From NCBI GenBank assembly GCA_016176285.1, contig JACOXM010000002.1, positions 10,917 to 74,916 of the forward strand: a stretch of 64,000 nt of DNA, read 5' to 3'. This document shows, piece after piece, positions 17,481 through 27,689 of the stretch. Origin of the DNA: Candidatus Giovannonibacteria bacterium (GTDB lineage Bacteria > Patescibacteriota > Minisyncoccia > JACPKW01 > UBA11713). A program made the position numbers and the translations under genes. The notes under the pieces were generated by a model. The model searched no databases. It was not told where the DNA came from and worked only from the letters and a program-made list of their open reading frames with translations. Positions within the stretch are counted from its first letter, which is position 1; each line of letters starts with the position of its first letter.

Positions 17481-17506
17481 AAACCCCGCATTTGCGGGGT
17501 TTTTTG
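17481..17506 (+). terminator. Rho-independent terminator
   Basis: CCCCGC-ATTT-GCGGGG hairpin followed by TTTTTT. Confidence 0.6.
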
Positions 17507-17531
17507 CTTAAAAACAAGTTTTTATCTAAAT

Positions 17532-18149
17532 ATGGAAAGCCTAATCCCCCTTTTGCTTAAATATAAATATCTTATACTTTTTCCAATTGCAGCTTTTGAG
17601 GGCCCAGTCGTGGCTTTCACTGCCGGGTTCCTGGTCTCGCAAGGATATCTTAATTTTTTTATTACTTACGTAATACTGATATTTGGGGATATTATACCTG
17701 ATTCTACTTACTATTCCCTCGGCAGATTTGCCGAGGGAAATGCTTTTGCCAGTAAATATGCCCGTAAAATTGGGCTTACGCCAAGACGGCTTGAAGCAAT
17801 GAAAAAGCTTTGGCACAAACACACCGCAAAGACTATGATCATTACCAAGCTCGCATACGGGCTAAGCACTCCCCTTTTAATCGCTTCCGGTTACGCGAAA
17901 ATTCCTTTCAAAAAATTTATAACTTATTCGACATTGCAAAGCCTTGTCCAATACGCCATTTTTTTATTCCTGGGCTTTTATTTCGGGAATTCGTATGATC
18001 TTATTTTTAAATATTTTAACAACGTCCAAATGATCGTTGCGGCGGCAGTTATTATCTTTGCCATTATTTACTACGCAGGCACCATTACCTTGAAAAAAGT
18101 TATCGCCAAAAAAGAGAAACTAAACAATGAAAATAGCGATTTGCACTGA
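17532..18149 (+). CDS. DedA/SNARE-associated (VTT-domain) membrane protein
   Basis: VAFTAGFLVSQGYLNF...ILIFGDIIPDS...GRF pattern and ~200-aa polytopic topology. Confidence 0.7.
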   Translation: MESLIPLLLKYKYLILFPIAAFEGPVVAFTAGFLVSQGYLNFFITYVILIFGDIIPDSTYYSLGRFAEGNAFASKYARKIGLTPRRLEAMKKLWHKHTAKTMIITKLAYGLSTPLLIASGYAKIPFKKFITYSTLQSLVQYAIFLFLGFYFGNSYDLIFKYFNNVQMIVAAAVIIFAIIYYAGTITLKKVIAKKEKLNNENSDLH

Positions 18150-19281
18150 TATTTATCTTCCCCAGCTAAGCGGGGTGGCAGATTCAATATACATTCTGTC
18201 TGGGAATCTCAAGAAAAATGGTCACGAGGTGAGAATTTACGCGCCGAATCTAAAAAATGCTGAAAAAGATCCGGATATTTTTAGAGTTCCTTCTTTTTCC
18301 GTTCCTGGCTCTCAAAACAGTCTTTTATTCGCCTTCCCGTTCGGTATGGAGAAAGATTTGGAATTATTCACACCGGATATACTGCATATCCACACGTTTT
18401 CCACAATAGGAATTAAAGCAGTCAAAATCGCAAAAAAACTCAATAAGCCCATACTGGGAACGGATCATACCTTCCCGGCAGATTTTCTCCCGTACATAAA
18501 AATGGATTTCAATTTTTTGCGGACTTATGTCAAAAAAATTGCATCGAAGCACTATAATAACGCCGAGCTAGTAACTGCGCCGAGCCAAAGTATGCTCGAT
18601 GAATTGATAGAATTCGGACTAACAAAGCCAACCCGAGTTATATCTAACGCAATAGACTCAAATTTCTTCAGACCCCCCGATAATAAAAATGAAACGGGCA
18701 AGACAATTATAGTTTTTGGGAGATTGGCGCCAGAAAAAAATCTCAATACAGCTATGGATGCTTATTTGGAAATAATTAAATCTCATCCGGACGCCAAACT
18801 GGTATTTATAGGCGAAGGCCCATACAGAAAAGAGCTTGAGAAAAAAATTAAACAGCTCGGACTCGAAAATAAAATCAAATTACTCGGAGCACTCCAAGGA
18901 GACAGGCTGGTCAAGGCTGTAAATTCTGGTGATATCCTCCTTATTACCAGCACCTCCGACACGCAATCCATGACAACGCTTCAAGCAATGGCCTGTGAAT
19001 TGCCGGTAGTAGCGGCCCGAGCGGGAGGACTCCCCGAGTATGTGGAAAACGATGTAACGGGATTTCTAGTTGAACCAAAGAATATAGCGGGGTTTGCTCA
19101 AAAAATAGTACTTCTCCTAGAAAACCCAAATTTGCGCAAAAAATTAGGCGAAGAAGGGAGAAAGAAGGTTTTGCAATATTCGCCCGAAAATATAACAAAA
19201 AAGTTCGAAGAAGCATATAATGAAGCTATAAACATTTTTATAAAGAGACATGAAAATAAGCCTTATAATACCGGCTCATAA
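18127..19281 (+). CDS. Glycosyltransferase family 4 (GT-B, group 1)
   Basis: C-terminal domain FGRLAPEKN...GEGP...E(x7)E-type pattern, ~384 aa. Confidence 0.8.
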   Translation: MKIAICTDIYLPQLSGVADSIYILSGNLKKNGHEVRIYAPNLKNAEKDPDIFRVPSFSVPGSQNSLLFAFPFGMEKDLELFTPDILHIHTFSTIGIKAVKIAKKLNKPILGTDHTFPADFLPYIKMDFNFLRTYVKKIASKHYNNAELVTAPSQSMLDELIEFGLTKPTRVISNAIDSNFFRPPDNKNETGKTIIVFGRLAPEKNLNTAMDAYLEIIKSHPDAKLVFIGEGPYRKELEKKIKQLGLENKIKLLGALQGDRLVKAVNSGDILLITSTSDTQSMTTLQAMACELPVVAARAGGLPEYVENDVTGFLVEPKNIAGFAQKIVLLLENPNLRKKLGEEGRKKVLQYSPENITKKFEEAYNEAINIFIKRHENKPYNTGS

Positions 19282-19957
19282 CGAAGAGGGATACCTGGAG
19301 AATTGCCTCGAGGGCGCGATTCGGAATATGGAGGACCTTTTCGAAATAATCGTGGTTGATAATGCCAGTACGGATAAAACCGCAGAGGTCGCAAGAAAAT
19401 TCCCTGGAGTTAAAGTCGTACACGAAGCTTCCAAGGGTCTAACCAAGGCGCGGCAAAGAGGATTTTTGGAAGCGAGAGGAGAAATATTGGCCTACGTAGA
19501 TGCCGATACAAAAATGCCGTTGGGGTGGGCGAAAAGAGTGCGGGAAATGTTTGAAAAAGATTCAAAAATTGTCTGTGTTAGCGGGCCGTATAAATATTAT
19601 GATCTTTCGGCAATTGGGAATTTTCTGGTCTGGTTTTATTGGCATCTGGGCATGATTGCCTATTTTTTCACCGGATACATGGTAGTGGGAGGAAATTTCG
19701 CCGCCAGGAAGGACGCGCTTCAAAAAATTGGCGGCTTCGACTTAAATGTAAGTTTTTACGGAGAGGACACTAATATCGCGAGGAGGCTACACAAAGTCGG
19801 AAAAGTTAAATTCAAAAAAAGCCTTTTTATACCGACCTCCGCAAGAAGGTTTCATGGAGAAGGGATTATCGTGACCGCCGCAAGGTATATCCTTAATTTC
19901 GGATCCGAGGTCCTCATTAAAAGGCCACTAACTAAAAAATATCGTGACATACGCTAG
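19250..19957 (+). CDS. Glycosyltransferase family 2
   Basis: N-terminus ISLIIPAHNEEGYLENCL...VVDNASTDKT...YVDADT (the DxD region). Confidence 0.8.
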   Translation: MKISLIIPAHNEEGYLENCLEGAIRNMEDLFEIIVVDNASTDKTAEVARKFPGVKVVHEASKGLTKARQRGFLEARGEILAYVDADTKMPLGWAKRVREMFEKDSKIVCVSGPYKYYDLSAIGNFLVWFYWHLGMIAYFFTGYMVVGGNFAARKDALQKIGGFDLNVSFYGEDTNIARRLHKVGKVKFKKSLFIPTSARRFHGEGIIVTAARYILNFGSEVLIKRPLTKKYRDIR

Positions 19958-20612
19958 CATCGCTATAAAATCCAGATACAAGCCATACGTAATTCATAAA
20001 GGATTTTTATATTCGACCCTCTTCTCTTTCTTTATGTTAGCTGCCGCTATCTTGATAAATTTTCAAGCGGGAACTTATGCAACAGAGAAAGCAAGCAACC
20101 CCGTGACGGATTTAATTCTTGATAATATTCCAGTATTCCAGCTTGATGGCACATTTATTTACGGCGCATTTATACTCTGGGTTTTTTTCACGTTCATCTG
20201 CCTGAAAAATCCGCGGGTTATTCCCTTTTCCTTAAAGAGCGTGGCTTTTTTCACCCTGGTCCGCTCGCTTTTCATAAGTTTGACACACATAGCACCCTTC
20301 CCAACCCAAATTTCCATTGATGTTAAATACAATTTACTTGAAAAGCTTACCTTCGGGGGAGATCTCTTTTTTTCCGGACACACCGGCCTCCCGTTCCTTT
20401 TGGCATTAATTTTTTGGGACAACTTCCGCTTGAGGATAATTTTTATATCTTCTTCAATCCTCTTCGGTGCCGTTGTTCTACTGGGGCACTTGCACTATTC
20501 GATTGATGTTCTTGCGGCATTTTTCATCTCTTACGGAATTTTCCGGATGTGCGAAATTATCTTTAAAAAAGACCGCGAGATATTTTTTAAAGGAGTAGAG
20601 GCTCGAAGCTAA
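19944..20612 (+). CDS. PAP2-superfamily membrane phosphatase-like protein
   Basis: PAP2 motif II/III-like FSGHTG and HYSIDVLA (HxxxD), multi-TM. Confidence 0.5.
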   Translation: MTYASIAIKSRYKPYVIHKGFLYSTLFSFFMLAAAILINFQAGTYATEKASNPVTDLILDNIPVFQLDGTFIYGAFILWVFFTFICLKNPRVIPFSLKSVAFFTLVRSLFISLTHIAPFPTQISIDVKYNLLEKLTFGGDLFFSGHTGLPFLLALIFWDNFRLRIIFISSSILFGAVVLLGHLHYSIDVLAAFFISYGIFRMCEIIFKKDREIFFKGVEARS

Positions 20613-20617
20613 TATAA

Positions 20618-21115
20618 ATGGACATTATTTCGCACGGCCTTTGGGGGTCCTTGGTTTTTGGCAGGAGTAATAAAAAAAGCTTTTGGAAAGCTTTTTTGTT
20701 CGGGGTAGCGCCAGATTTTATTCCTTTTGCGCCCTTTTTTATTTTAATGATCTTCGGTTTTGCAAAATATCCCGGGTTTTCGACGGAACCTCCGGTAGCG
20801 GGTGCTATCCCGGATTATGTCTATTTTCTTTATAAAATAACGCATAGCCTTGTTATATTTGCCGTAGTTTTTTTCGGCGCATGGCTAATAAAAAGAAAAT
20901 TTTTCTGGCCAATGGCTGCTTGGGGTATACATGTACTTCTCGACATCCCCACACATAGTTATAAATTTTTTCCAACTCCGTTTCTTTGGCCAGTCGCAAA
21001 TTTCGAAATAAACGGAATACCCTGGGCCGACCCCATAATATTTTTCCCAAACGTGCTGATACTGGCGATTCTTTATTATTATTTTTTCGTTTACAGAAAA
21101 AGATATGCTAAATAA
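20618..21115 (+). CDS. Membrane-bound metal-dependent hydrolase-like protein (YdjM/DUF457-like)
   Basis: N-terminal MDIISHGLWG and a later DIPTHS His-containing motif. Polytopic. Confidence 0.4.
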   Translation: MDIISHGLWGSLVFGRSNKKSFWKAFLFGVAPDFIPFAPFFILMIFGFAKYPGFSTEPPVAGAIPDYVYFLYKITHSLVIFAVVFFGAWLIKRKFFWPMAAWGIHVLLDIPTHSYKFFPTPFLWPVANFEINGIPWADPIIFFPNVLILAILYYYFFVYRKRYAK

Positions 21116-21677
21116 TATTTCCGCAAAAAATTATATCTTGGCGAGCCTCGTGTTACTCGGCTTGTTTGCGCTGGCGCTGAATTTCATGGGACAAATCTGG
21201 ATTTGCAAATGCGGATATGTGAAATTCTGGCACGGCATAACTTACAGCTCGGAAAATTCCCAGCATTTAACAGATTGGTATACGTTCTCGCATATAATCC
21301 ACGGATTTATTTTTTACTGGATCGCTTGGCTCGTCGGCAAAAGATATGGCTGGCCCATCGGCTTTCGCCTCTTATTAGCATTACTTGCGGAAATATCGTG
21401 GGAACTATTCGAAAACACGGATTTCGTGATAAACCGCTACCGTGAAGTTACAATTTCACTAGATTATTACGGGGACACCGTAATTAATTCCGTTATGGAT
21501 GTTCTGGCGATGGTATTTGGATTTTTTCTGGCTTATCGCCTGCCGGTATGGTCCATAGTGGCCCTTACAATCGCTATGGAAATATTCGTAGGCTACACTA
21601 TCCGCGACAATCTTACGCTCAACATAATAATGCTTATTTTCCCATTAGACTTTATTTTAAAATGGCAGAGCGGTTAA
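21105..21677 (+). CDS. UPF0314/DUF2585-like membrane protein
   Basis: Recalled family pattern CKCGYVKFWHG...SSENSQH..DWYTFSHIIHGF. ~190 aa, polytopic. Confidence 0.4.
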   Translation: MLNNISAKNYILASLVLLGLFALALNFMGQIWICKCGYVKFWHGITYSSENSQHLTDWYTFSHIIHGFIFYWIAWLVGKRYGWPIGFRLLLALLAEISWELFENTDFVINRYREVTISLDYYGDTVINSVMDVLAMVFGFFLAYRLPVWSIVALTIAMEIFVGYTIRDNLTLNIIMLIFPLDFILKWQSG

Positions 21678-22750
21678 CATTTTTATTTTTATTTGTTCTT
21701 GCCGCATTCCCGCTCGTATCTACCGGACAAGAACTTTACCAAGACACAAAAGGAACCTTTCGAGCAAAGGTTCTTGAAATTATTTCTGAAGAAAAAACTA
21801 TATTGCCGGTAACGGAAACAGAAGTCCTGGTTCAGACGCTTAGCGCGGAAATTCTTGACGGCAATAAAAAGGGCGAGATAATCACTATCGAAAATGACTT
21901 CGTTAAGCTCTCGAAAGGAGATGAATTTTTTGTTAATTATCTCGTAACTATCGACGGACAAGAAATATACAGCGTATTCGAGCCCGACCGGCGGCAAACT
22001 CTCTGGATATTTTTAGTGATCTTCATGGTGGTTGTGATTTTTTTCGGTGGATTTCAGGGAATCAGATCTTTATTCAGTCTCGCGGCAGGTTTTTTTGTAA
22101 TAATTTATTTTCTCCTTCCCTCTATTTTGCGCGGCGTCTCGCCTCTCCTTGCCGGAATCGGATTTTCTATCCTGATTCTCGCGTTCGCGATGTATCTCAC
22201 ACACGGATTTAAGAGAAGAACGCATGCCGCCTTCATCGGAACGGTTTTAACCATCATAATTGTCGGTATACTCGCGTCTCTCGCCGTCTCATCCGCAAAA
22301 TTGAGCGGCTTCGCATCCGACGAAGCTGTTTATTTAAATCTGGACACCCGGGGAAAGCTGAATTTCGCCGAATTGCTTGTGGTCGCCATAATTATCGGGG
22401 CCCTGGGTATTTTGGATGACATTGCGATAACTCAAGCATCTGTAATCGAAACCCTTAAAAATAACTTGCCAGACATAAAAAGAAGGAAAGCTTACCTGGA
22501 AGCCCTAAAAGTCGGCAGAGAACACGTTGGGGCGCTAGTAAACACATTGGCGCTTGCATATGTTGGAGCATCCTTGCCGCTCCTGTTGCTCTTTTATGGG
22601 ACAGACCAAACTCAAAGCTGGTCCATTATTACAAACAGAGAAATTTTCGCGACAGAGATAATCCGCACGATAGCCGGTTCCATCGGCTTGATCCTTGCCG
22701 TCCCCATCACAACCGCCCTCGCGGTATTGATGCTTATAAGAAAAAGCTAG
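21662..22750 (+). CDS. YibE/F-family membrane protein (start corrected to the internal Met at 21662)
   Basis: The ORF-track start (21548) overlaps the upstream gene. MAERLTFLFLFVLAAF is a plausible signal. The YibE/F-like TM bundle follows. Confidence 0.55.
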   Translation: MAERLTFLFLFVLAAFPLVSTGQELYQDTKGTFRAKVLEIISEEKTILPVTETEVLVQTLSAEILDGNKKGEIITIENDFVKLSKGDEFFVNYLVTIDGQEIYSVFEPDRRQTLWIFLVIFMVVVIFFGGFQGIRSLFSLAAGFFVIIYFLLPSILRGVSPLLAGIGFSILILAFAMYLTHGFKRRTHAAFIGTVLTIIIVGILASLAVSSAKLSGFASDEAVYLNLDTRGKLNFAELLVVAIIIGALGILDDIAITQASVIETLKNNLPDIKRRKAYLEALKVGREHVGALVNTLALAYVGASLPLLLLFYGTDQTQSWSIITNREIFATEIIRTIAGSIGLILAVPITTALAVLMLIRKS

Positions 22751-23270
22751 TCTTTAAAAAATTTTCTATATTCTTCACAACTACGGGAATTTGAATATTG
22801 GTCGTATCGATTGTGAAATCAAAATTCTTGTCAGAGAAGTCATCAATTCCGTAATAATTTTTATATCTCTCGAAAATCGCATCTTCACGGAAAACTGTGT
22901 GCTCTTTCGCGGTTTCGAAAAAAATCGCTTCGCGGTTCGCGATACGGTTTATCCTAGTATCAAAATCGCAGTCCAATTTTATTTTTACCGAATCCGGTAT
23001 AAAGTGCCACGCAAGGCGGCTTTCAATTATAAAATTATCATTTTCTTCGCCGAATTTCTTTATTCTCTGGTCAAGCTCCAGATCAAATTTATGCTCTTTT
23101 TTGCACAAGTCTTCGAATTCGCCGAGGGTCATTTTGTTTTCTTCGGCCATTTTCCTAAAAATATTTCCCGAAGACAGAAATTGGTACCCCATGTCCCCTG
23201 CTAAAATTTTACCCACGGACGTCGTTCCCGTTCCCGCAAGCCCGAATATCGTAATTTTCGCCATAATCAA
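22734..23270 (-). CDS. Archaeal-type cytidylate kinase-like P-loop kinase
   Basis: ITIFGLAGTGTTSVGKILA P-loop, ~178 aa. Confidence 0.55.
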   Translation of the reverse strand: MIMAKITIFGLAGTGTTSVGKILAGDMGYQFLSSGNIFRKMAEENKMTLGEFEDLCKKEHKFDLELDQRIKKFGEENDNFIIESRLAWHFIPDSVKIKLDCDFDTRINRIANREAIFFETAKEHTVFREDAIFERYKNYYGIDDFSDKNFDFTIDTTNIQIPVVVKNIENFLKTSFFL

Positions 23271-23944
23271 TTCTTATCCCCTCTCGTTCCCATTAAATTG
23301 CCTATCAAAAAAGTCAGCACAGCTAGACCGAAAGAGTAGTAAGCCGACTGGGCATAAAAAGGACTTTTCACGGGAAAATAAAAATAAATAGGTAACGCCA
23401 TTAATAAAGCCGAAAAGGCTAATATAAAACTCCGTATTTTTAGTCGAGTGCTGTTTAGTTTTGAAATTGATGAAAAAAACTTAACAGCGAAACCTAGTGC
23501 CGAGATTAAAAGGGGAACCCTTGCGAGAATTCCAATAAAATAATTTTGCTGCCATAAAATAAAACCCGAATTAATTACTGGTATTTCAAAAAGAAAAATA
23601 TAAAGCAAAATTATAAAAAGACCATATAAAAGAAATAGCAAGTTAATAGTAAAAATTATTTTTTTATTCTGTAATGTAAGCCTCAGCGCGACTTGAAACG
23701 CAGAAAAGGCGCAGAGTACAAGAAAAAAATAAGCTATGATAAAACTCACACCCCACACCCAATTAACGGGGTAAAAAAACATCGGAATAAATAAGAAAAA
23801 ATTATAAAAACTTATTAAAAGAAAGAAAAGAAAGTAATAATTGATTGTAGAGTTTTGTTTCCGCCTGGGATACAAATATAAAACACTTCCTAAAGTAAGT
23901 AGTAGTGCAAGCCCCCTAAACCAGAAATCTAAAGAGTAGACCAT
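23267..23944 (-). CDS. Polytopic membrane protein, unknown function
   Basis: Six or more hydrophobic segments. No recognisable motif. Confidence 0.4.
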   Translation of the reverse strand: MVYSLDFWFRGLALLLTLGSVLYLYPRRKQNSTINYYFLFFLLISFYNFFLFIPMFFYPVNWVWGVSFIIAYFFLVLCAFSAFQVALRLTLQNKKIIFTINLLFLLYGLFIILLYIFLFEIPVINSGFILWQQNYFIGILARVPLLISALGFAVKFFSSISKLNSTRLKIRSFILAFSALLMALPIYFYFPVKSPFYAQSAYYSFGLAVLTFLIGNLMGTRGDKN

Positions 23945-24131
23945 AAAACTATTATTGAAAATTTTTCGAATTTTTGCTAGACCGAAGGATCTAGTTTTCT
24001 ATTGTTTATCAGGCCGATTATTATTACCGCAATAATTGATGCGATAAGCCCGCCGATTGCAAACCAAAATGCATAAATAGTTCCCTAGAAGACGCTCAAA
24101 GAGAGAATTCCCATAATCAAATGGAGTAAAA

Positions 24132-24599
24132 TTGTGTTTGGCGCTATCATTTTTCCATTATATCCTTAAATTAATGATAATAAATTGCCCGTTTTGCAGT
24201 ATAGATGAGGATAAAACACGAATAATAGAGGAAAAAGAGAGAATCGTGGTGATTTTAAGCAGTCCCAGCCTTATGCCTGGGCATATTTTAGTTATTCCCA
24301 AAAGGCATATTGAGAAAATTTCCGAATTAAATCCAGACGAAAGGGCTGATCTTTTTGATACTGCGATCGAATACCATAAAAAAATAATTGAACGTTTTTC
24401 AAAGGGCTGCGACATGCGCCAGCATTATCGCCCATTTTTAGCCCAAAGCGACGTTAAAGTTGACCATGTGCATATCCACCTCCTTCCACGTGAAAACGAA
24501 GACGAACTTTACCAAAAAAGCATGCAGTTCGAAAGAGATATGTGGCAGCGCCCCGACGAAATCGAATTACAAAAATTTGTTGAGCTTTTCGGAAAATGA
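24132..24599 (+). CDS. HIT-family hydrolase
   Basis: Histidine triad HVHIHLLP and upstream HILVIPKRH. Confidence 0.75.
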   Translation: MCLALSFFHYILKLMIINCPFCSIDEDKTRIIEEKERIVVILSSPSLMPGHILVIPKRHIEKISELNPDERADLFDTAIEYHKKIIERFSKGCDMRQHYRPFLAQSDVKVDHVHIHLLPRENEDELYQKSMQFERDMWQRPDEIELQKFVELFGK

Positions 24600-25198
24600 T
24601 AGAAGTTGAAAAAAAATTCACCTTAACCGAAGAGGAGCGGGAAAGATTGTTGGATAGCGCCGAGCTTATTGCGGAGAAAAGCTTTACGGATGCTTATTAT
24701 GATGACGAAAAATATTCTTTAACCACACAAGATATCTGGCTGCGGCAGCGCGATGGGGATTGGGAGTTAAAAATCCCGCTTCACAAAGGCGGAGCAGACC
24801 GTATCGGCGATCAGTACGAAGAACTCACTACGGAAATCGAGATAAGAAATTTTTTGAAAATACCGAAAATAGAAAACCTTGAATCAGATTTGAATCAAAA
24901 AGGGTTTTCAATTTTTTCAAAATTCACAACAGGAAGAAAAAAATATGAGAAAGACGGATTCACGATCGATCTCGACCTTGTTGACTTCGGGGATTTCAAG
25001 TTCGAGATTGGAGAAATAGAGCTGATGGTAAATAAGCACGAAGAAATGGGAGAGGCTCTCGAAAAAATAAAAAATTTTGCAAAAGAAAACGGCCTCCAAA
25101 TAACACACGTACGCGGAAAAGTAATGGAATATCTTAAGCGCAAACGCCCCGAACATTTCAGAAAATTAGTCGAAGCGAATGTAGCTAAAGACAACTGA
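24596..25198 (+). CDS. CYTH-domain protein (triphosphate tunnel metalloenzyme)
   Basis: N-terminal EVEKKF (the ExExK motif) and acidic patches. ~200 aa. Confidence 0.6.
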   Translation: MIEVEKKFTLTEEERERLLDSAELIAEKSFTDAYYDDEKYSLTTQDIWLRQRDGDWELKIPLHKGGADRIGDQYEELTTEIEIRNFLKIPKIENLESDLNQKGFSIFSKFTTGRKKYEKDGFTIDLDLVDFGDFKFEIGEIELMVNKHEEMGEALEKIKNFAKENGLQITHVRGKVMEYLKRKRPEHFRKLVEANVAKDN

Positions 25199-25218
25199 TC
25201 GTTTTATAATCCCGATAT

Positions 25219-25788
25219 ATGAACCGCGCTATTATTATCCATTGCTGGGAAGGGTATCCGGAATATTGCTGGTATCCTTACGTAAAAAAGGAACTCGAAG
25301 CAAAGGGGTTCGAAGTAAAAGTTCCCGCATTTCCCGATACAGATAATCCCAAACAAGATGCCTGGGTTGCTTTGCTTGAGCAAGAAATCGGAATTCCAGG
25401 CGAAAATCTTTACCTTATAGGGCATAGCATCGGGTGCGCGGCAATTTTGAGATATTTGGAAATAATAGACGAATCTGAAAAAATCGGCGGAGCCGTTTTT
25501 GTGGCAGGATTCACGGAAGAAATCGGCTATAAAGAAATAGAAAACTTTTTCGAAAATCCCTTCGATTTTGAAAAAATAAAACGCGCATCAAAAAATGGCT
25601 TTGTCGCCATACATTCGGACGATGATCCTTATGTAGACTTAAGATTTTCGGATATTTTCAAAGAGAAACTGGACGCTGAGGTTATTGTTAAGAAAAATAT
25701 GGGGCACTTCTCCGGGGCAATAGAAAATGAAAAAGCCTGCCTGGAATTGCCAGATGTCGTCGAGGGCATATTAAAAATAGCAAAATAA
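25219..25788 (+). CDS. RBBP9/YdeN-like alpha/beta serine hydrolase
   Basis: IIIHCWEGYPEYCWYPYV... and the nucleophile elbow LIGHSIGC. ~190 aa. Confidence 0.6.
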   Translation: MNRAIIIHCWEGYPEYCWYPYVKKELEAKGFEVKVPAFPDTDNPKQDAWVALLEQEIGIPGENLYLIGHSIGCAAILRYLEIIDESEKIGGAVFVAGFTEEIGYKEIENFFENPFDFEKIKRASKNGFVAIHSDDDPYVDLRFSDIFKEKLDAEVIVKKNMGHFSGAIENEKACLELPDVVEGILKIAK

Positions 25789-25792
25789 TAAA

Positions 25793-26248
25793 ATGAAAAA
25801 GAAAATTATTATTGCAGTTGGGATAATTATAATAGCGGCACTGACCGGGTTCTTTCTTATTAAGAACAAAATCAAAAATGACAATGCCCGCTACAAGGAC
25901 TACACAACAAGAGCTTCTGTAAAAGCATTATTCAATATGAACGCCTCGCAAAAATGCACTGTGCGGCCGCAGGGGTCATTAAGGGAAGGGAATATTTTTG
26001 TTGGGGGCGGGAAACTCCGCGGAGACTTTAAAACATCCTCTTCAAGAACTTCTTTCGGGCATATTATTATGGATCGCGAGAATGTATATACCTGGACGGA
26101 TTCGGGCGACACGGGCGCAAAAATCCCAATCGGCTCTTTCCAGCTAAACCAGTCGAGCGAAAGCTTTCAGTGGAAATGCGAAATATGGGAGCCGGAAAAA
26201 TCTTTATTCGAACTGCCAAAAAATATCAATTTTTCCGAAACTAGTTAA
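25793..26248 (+). CDS. Membrane-anchored hypothetical protein
   Basis: N-terminal TM (IIIAVGIIIIAALTGFFLI). No motif recognised. Confidence 0.35.
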   Translation: MKKKIIIAVGIIIIAALTGFFLIKNKIKNDNARYKDYTTRASVKALFNMNASQKCTVRPQGSLREGNIFVGGGKLRGDFKTSSSRTSFGHIIMDRENVYTWTDSGDTGAKIPIGSFQLNQSSESFQWKCEIWEPEKSLFELPKNINFSETS

Positions 26249-26251
26249 TCC

Positions 26252-27208
26252 GTGAAAAAAGGTATCGATGAAAAATTATCAAAAAAGCTCGTCCTGGATG
26301 AGCTTTTTGACTTAACGCTTTATAGGGCTCTCGCGAGATTCGCGGGAAAGGATGAAAAAATAATTCTGGATAAATTAATCCCCGTCGAAGAAAGGCACTT
26401 TGAATTCTGGAAAAGTTTTTTTGGAATCACTGAAGTATATCTTAATCTCGGGAGAAAAATTAGGCTTAAAATTATCACACTTTTTTGCAGAATTTTCGGT
26501 CAGGCCGGAATACATATAGTGCTCGAAGCAATCGAAATCTACGGTATAAAAAAATATCTGAATGTCTGGAATCATTACAAAGACGAGGAATTGGGTTCTG
26601 CCGTCAGGCGCGTCCTTGAAGACGAGTTTAAGCATGAGGATGAAATAGTTTCCGCTTCAAAACGAACAAAAATTTTTCCGGAGCGGGTACGGGATATTTT
26701 TTTGGGACTTAACGACGGCCTAGTTGAAATTCTTGGCGCTGTTTCGGGATTTTTCGCCGCCTTTTCCAATACAAGTTCTGTTTTAATAGCCGCGCTCACA
26801 GTTGCGGTTGCGGGTTCAATCTCAATGGCGGCAAGCGCTTTCGCGGCGCTAAGCTCCGCCCTCGAAGTGGAAAGCACGGAGAACGAAAAGCAAAAATTTC
26901 TCGGCACTGCCACCGAAGACGATGGGAGTAAAATTAATCCTTATGGATCCGCCCTTGTTGTCGGCATATCTTATCTTTTCGGAGCGCTTGTGCCGGTAAT
27001 TCCAGTCATATTCGGAGCAAAAAATATCCTCATTTCTATGATAGCGTCCACAATTGTAATAATAGCCGTATCCTACATAGTGGCATTTCTATCCGGAATG
27101 GACGCAAAAAAGCGTATTTTACTTAATCTCCTTATCATTTTCCTGGCCGTTGGAATATCATATATTTTGGCAACAACGGCGAAGCAAGTATTCCATATTG
27201 ATATTTAG
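26252..27208 (+). CDS. Ferritin-like (erythrin) domain fused to VIT1/CCC1 iron-manganese transporter domain (MbfA-like)
   Basis: N-terminal ferritin-like helices, then VIT1 signature GLNDGLVEILGAVSGF and C-terminal TM helices. Confidence 0.65.
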   Translation: MKKGIDEKLSKKLVLDELFDLTLYRALARFAGKDEKIILDKLIPVEERHFEFWKSFFGITEVYLNLGRKIRLKIITLFCRIFGQAGIHIVLEAIEIYGIKKYLNVWNHYKDEELGSAVRRVLEDEFKHEDEIVSASKRTKIFPERVRDIFLGLNDGLVEILGAVSGFFAAFSNTSSVLIAALTVAVAGSISMAASAFAALSSALEVESTENEKQKFLGTATEDDGSKINPYGSALVVGISYLFGALVPVIPVIFGAKNILISMIASTIVIIAVSYIVAFLSGMDAKKRILLNLLIIFLAVGISYILATTAKQVFHIDI

Positions 27209-27285
27209 CGGAGTCCGTGCTATACTGCCTGTAATAATTAACTCTAGTCAAGTGTAATTATTTTTAGTCAATTAGTGCGCAATAA

Positions 27286-27618
27286 ATGGCAACTAAACTA
27301 TTTGTTGGAGGATTATCTTGGGACACTACGGACGACAAGCTTCGTGAGTTTTTCTCATCGGCTGGAACCGTTGTTTCCGCAAATGTAATCACTGATAAAT
27401 TCACCGGTAAATCCAAGGGTTTTGGATTCGTAGAAATGTCTTCGGATACAGAAGCTGAAGAAGCAACCCAGAAATTGAACGGACAGAATTTGGACGGCCG
27501 CAAAATCGTTGTTAACGAAGCGCGCCCGTTGGCGCCAAGAGAAAACCGCTTTAGAGGCGGTGGCTTCTCAAGAGGCGGCGGCGACAGGCGAGAATTCGGA
27601 AACAGGGACCGAGGCTAA
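27286..27618 (+). CDS. RRM-type RNA-binding protein with RGG tail
   Basis: RNP2 KLFVGGLSW and RNP1 KGFGFVEM, then RGGGFSRGGGDRR. Confidence 0.85.
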   Translation: MATKLFVGGLSWDTTDDKLREFFSSAGTVVSANVITDKFTGKSKGFGFVEMSSDTEAEEATQKLNGQNLDGRKIVVNEARPLAPRENRFRGGGFSRGGGDRREFGNRDRG

Positions 27619-27639
27619 GTGATATAAATCCAACACAAA

Positions 27640-27667
27640 ACACCCCGCAGCTCTGCGGGGTGTTTTA
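27640..27667 (+). terminator. Rho-independent terminator
   Basis: ACACCCCGCAG-CT-CTGCGGGGTGT hairpin followed by TTTT. Confidence 0.6.
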
Positions 27668-27689
27668 ATTTATTATTATTTAATTACGT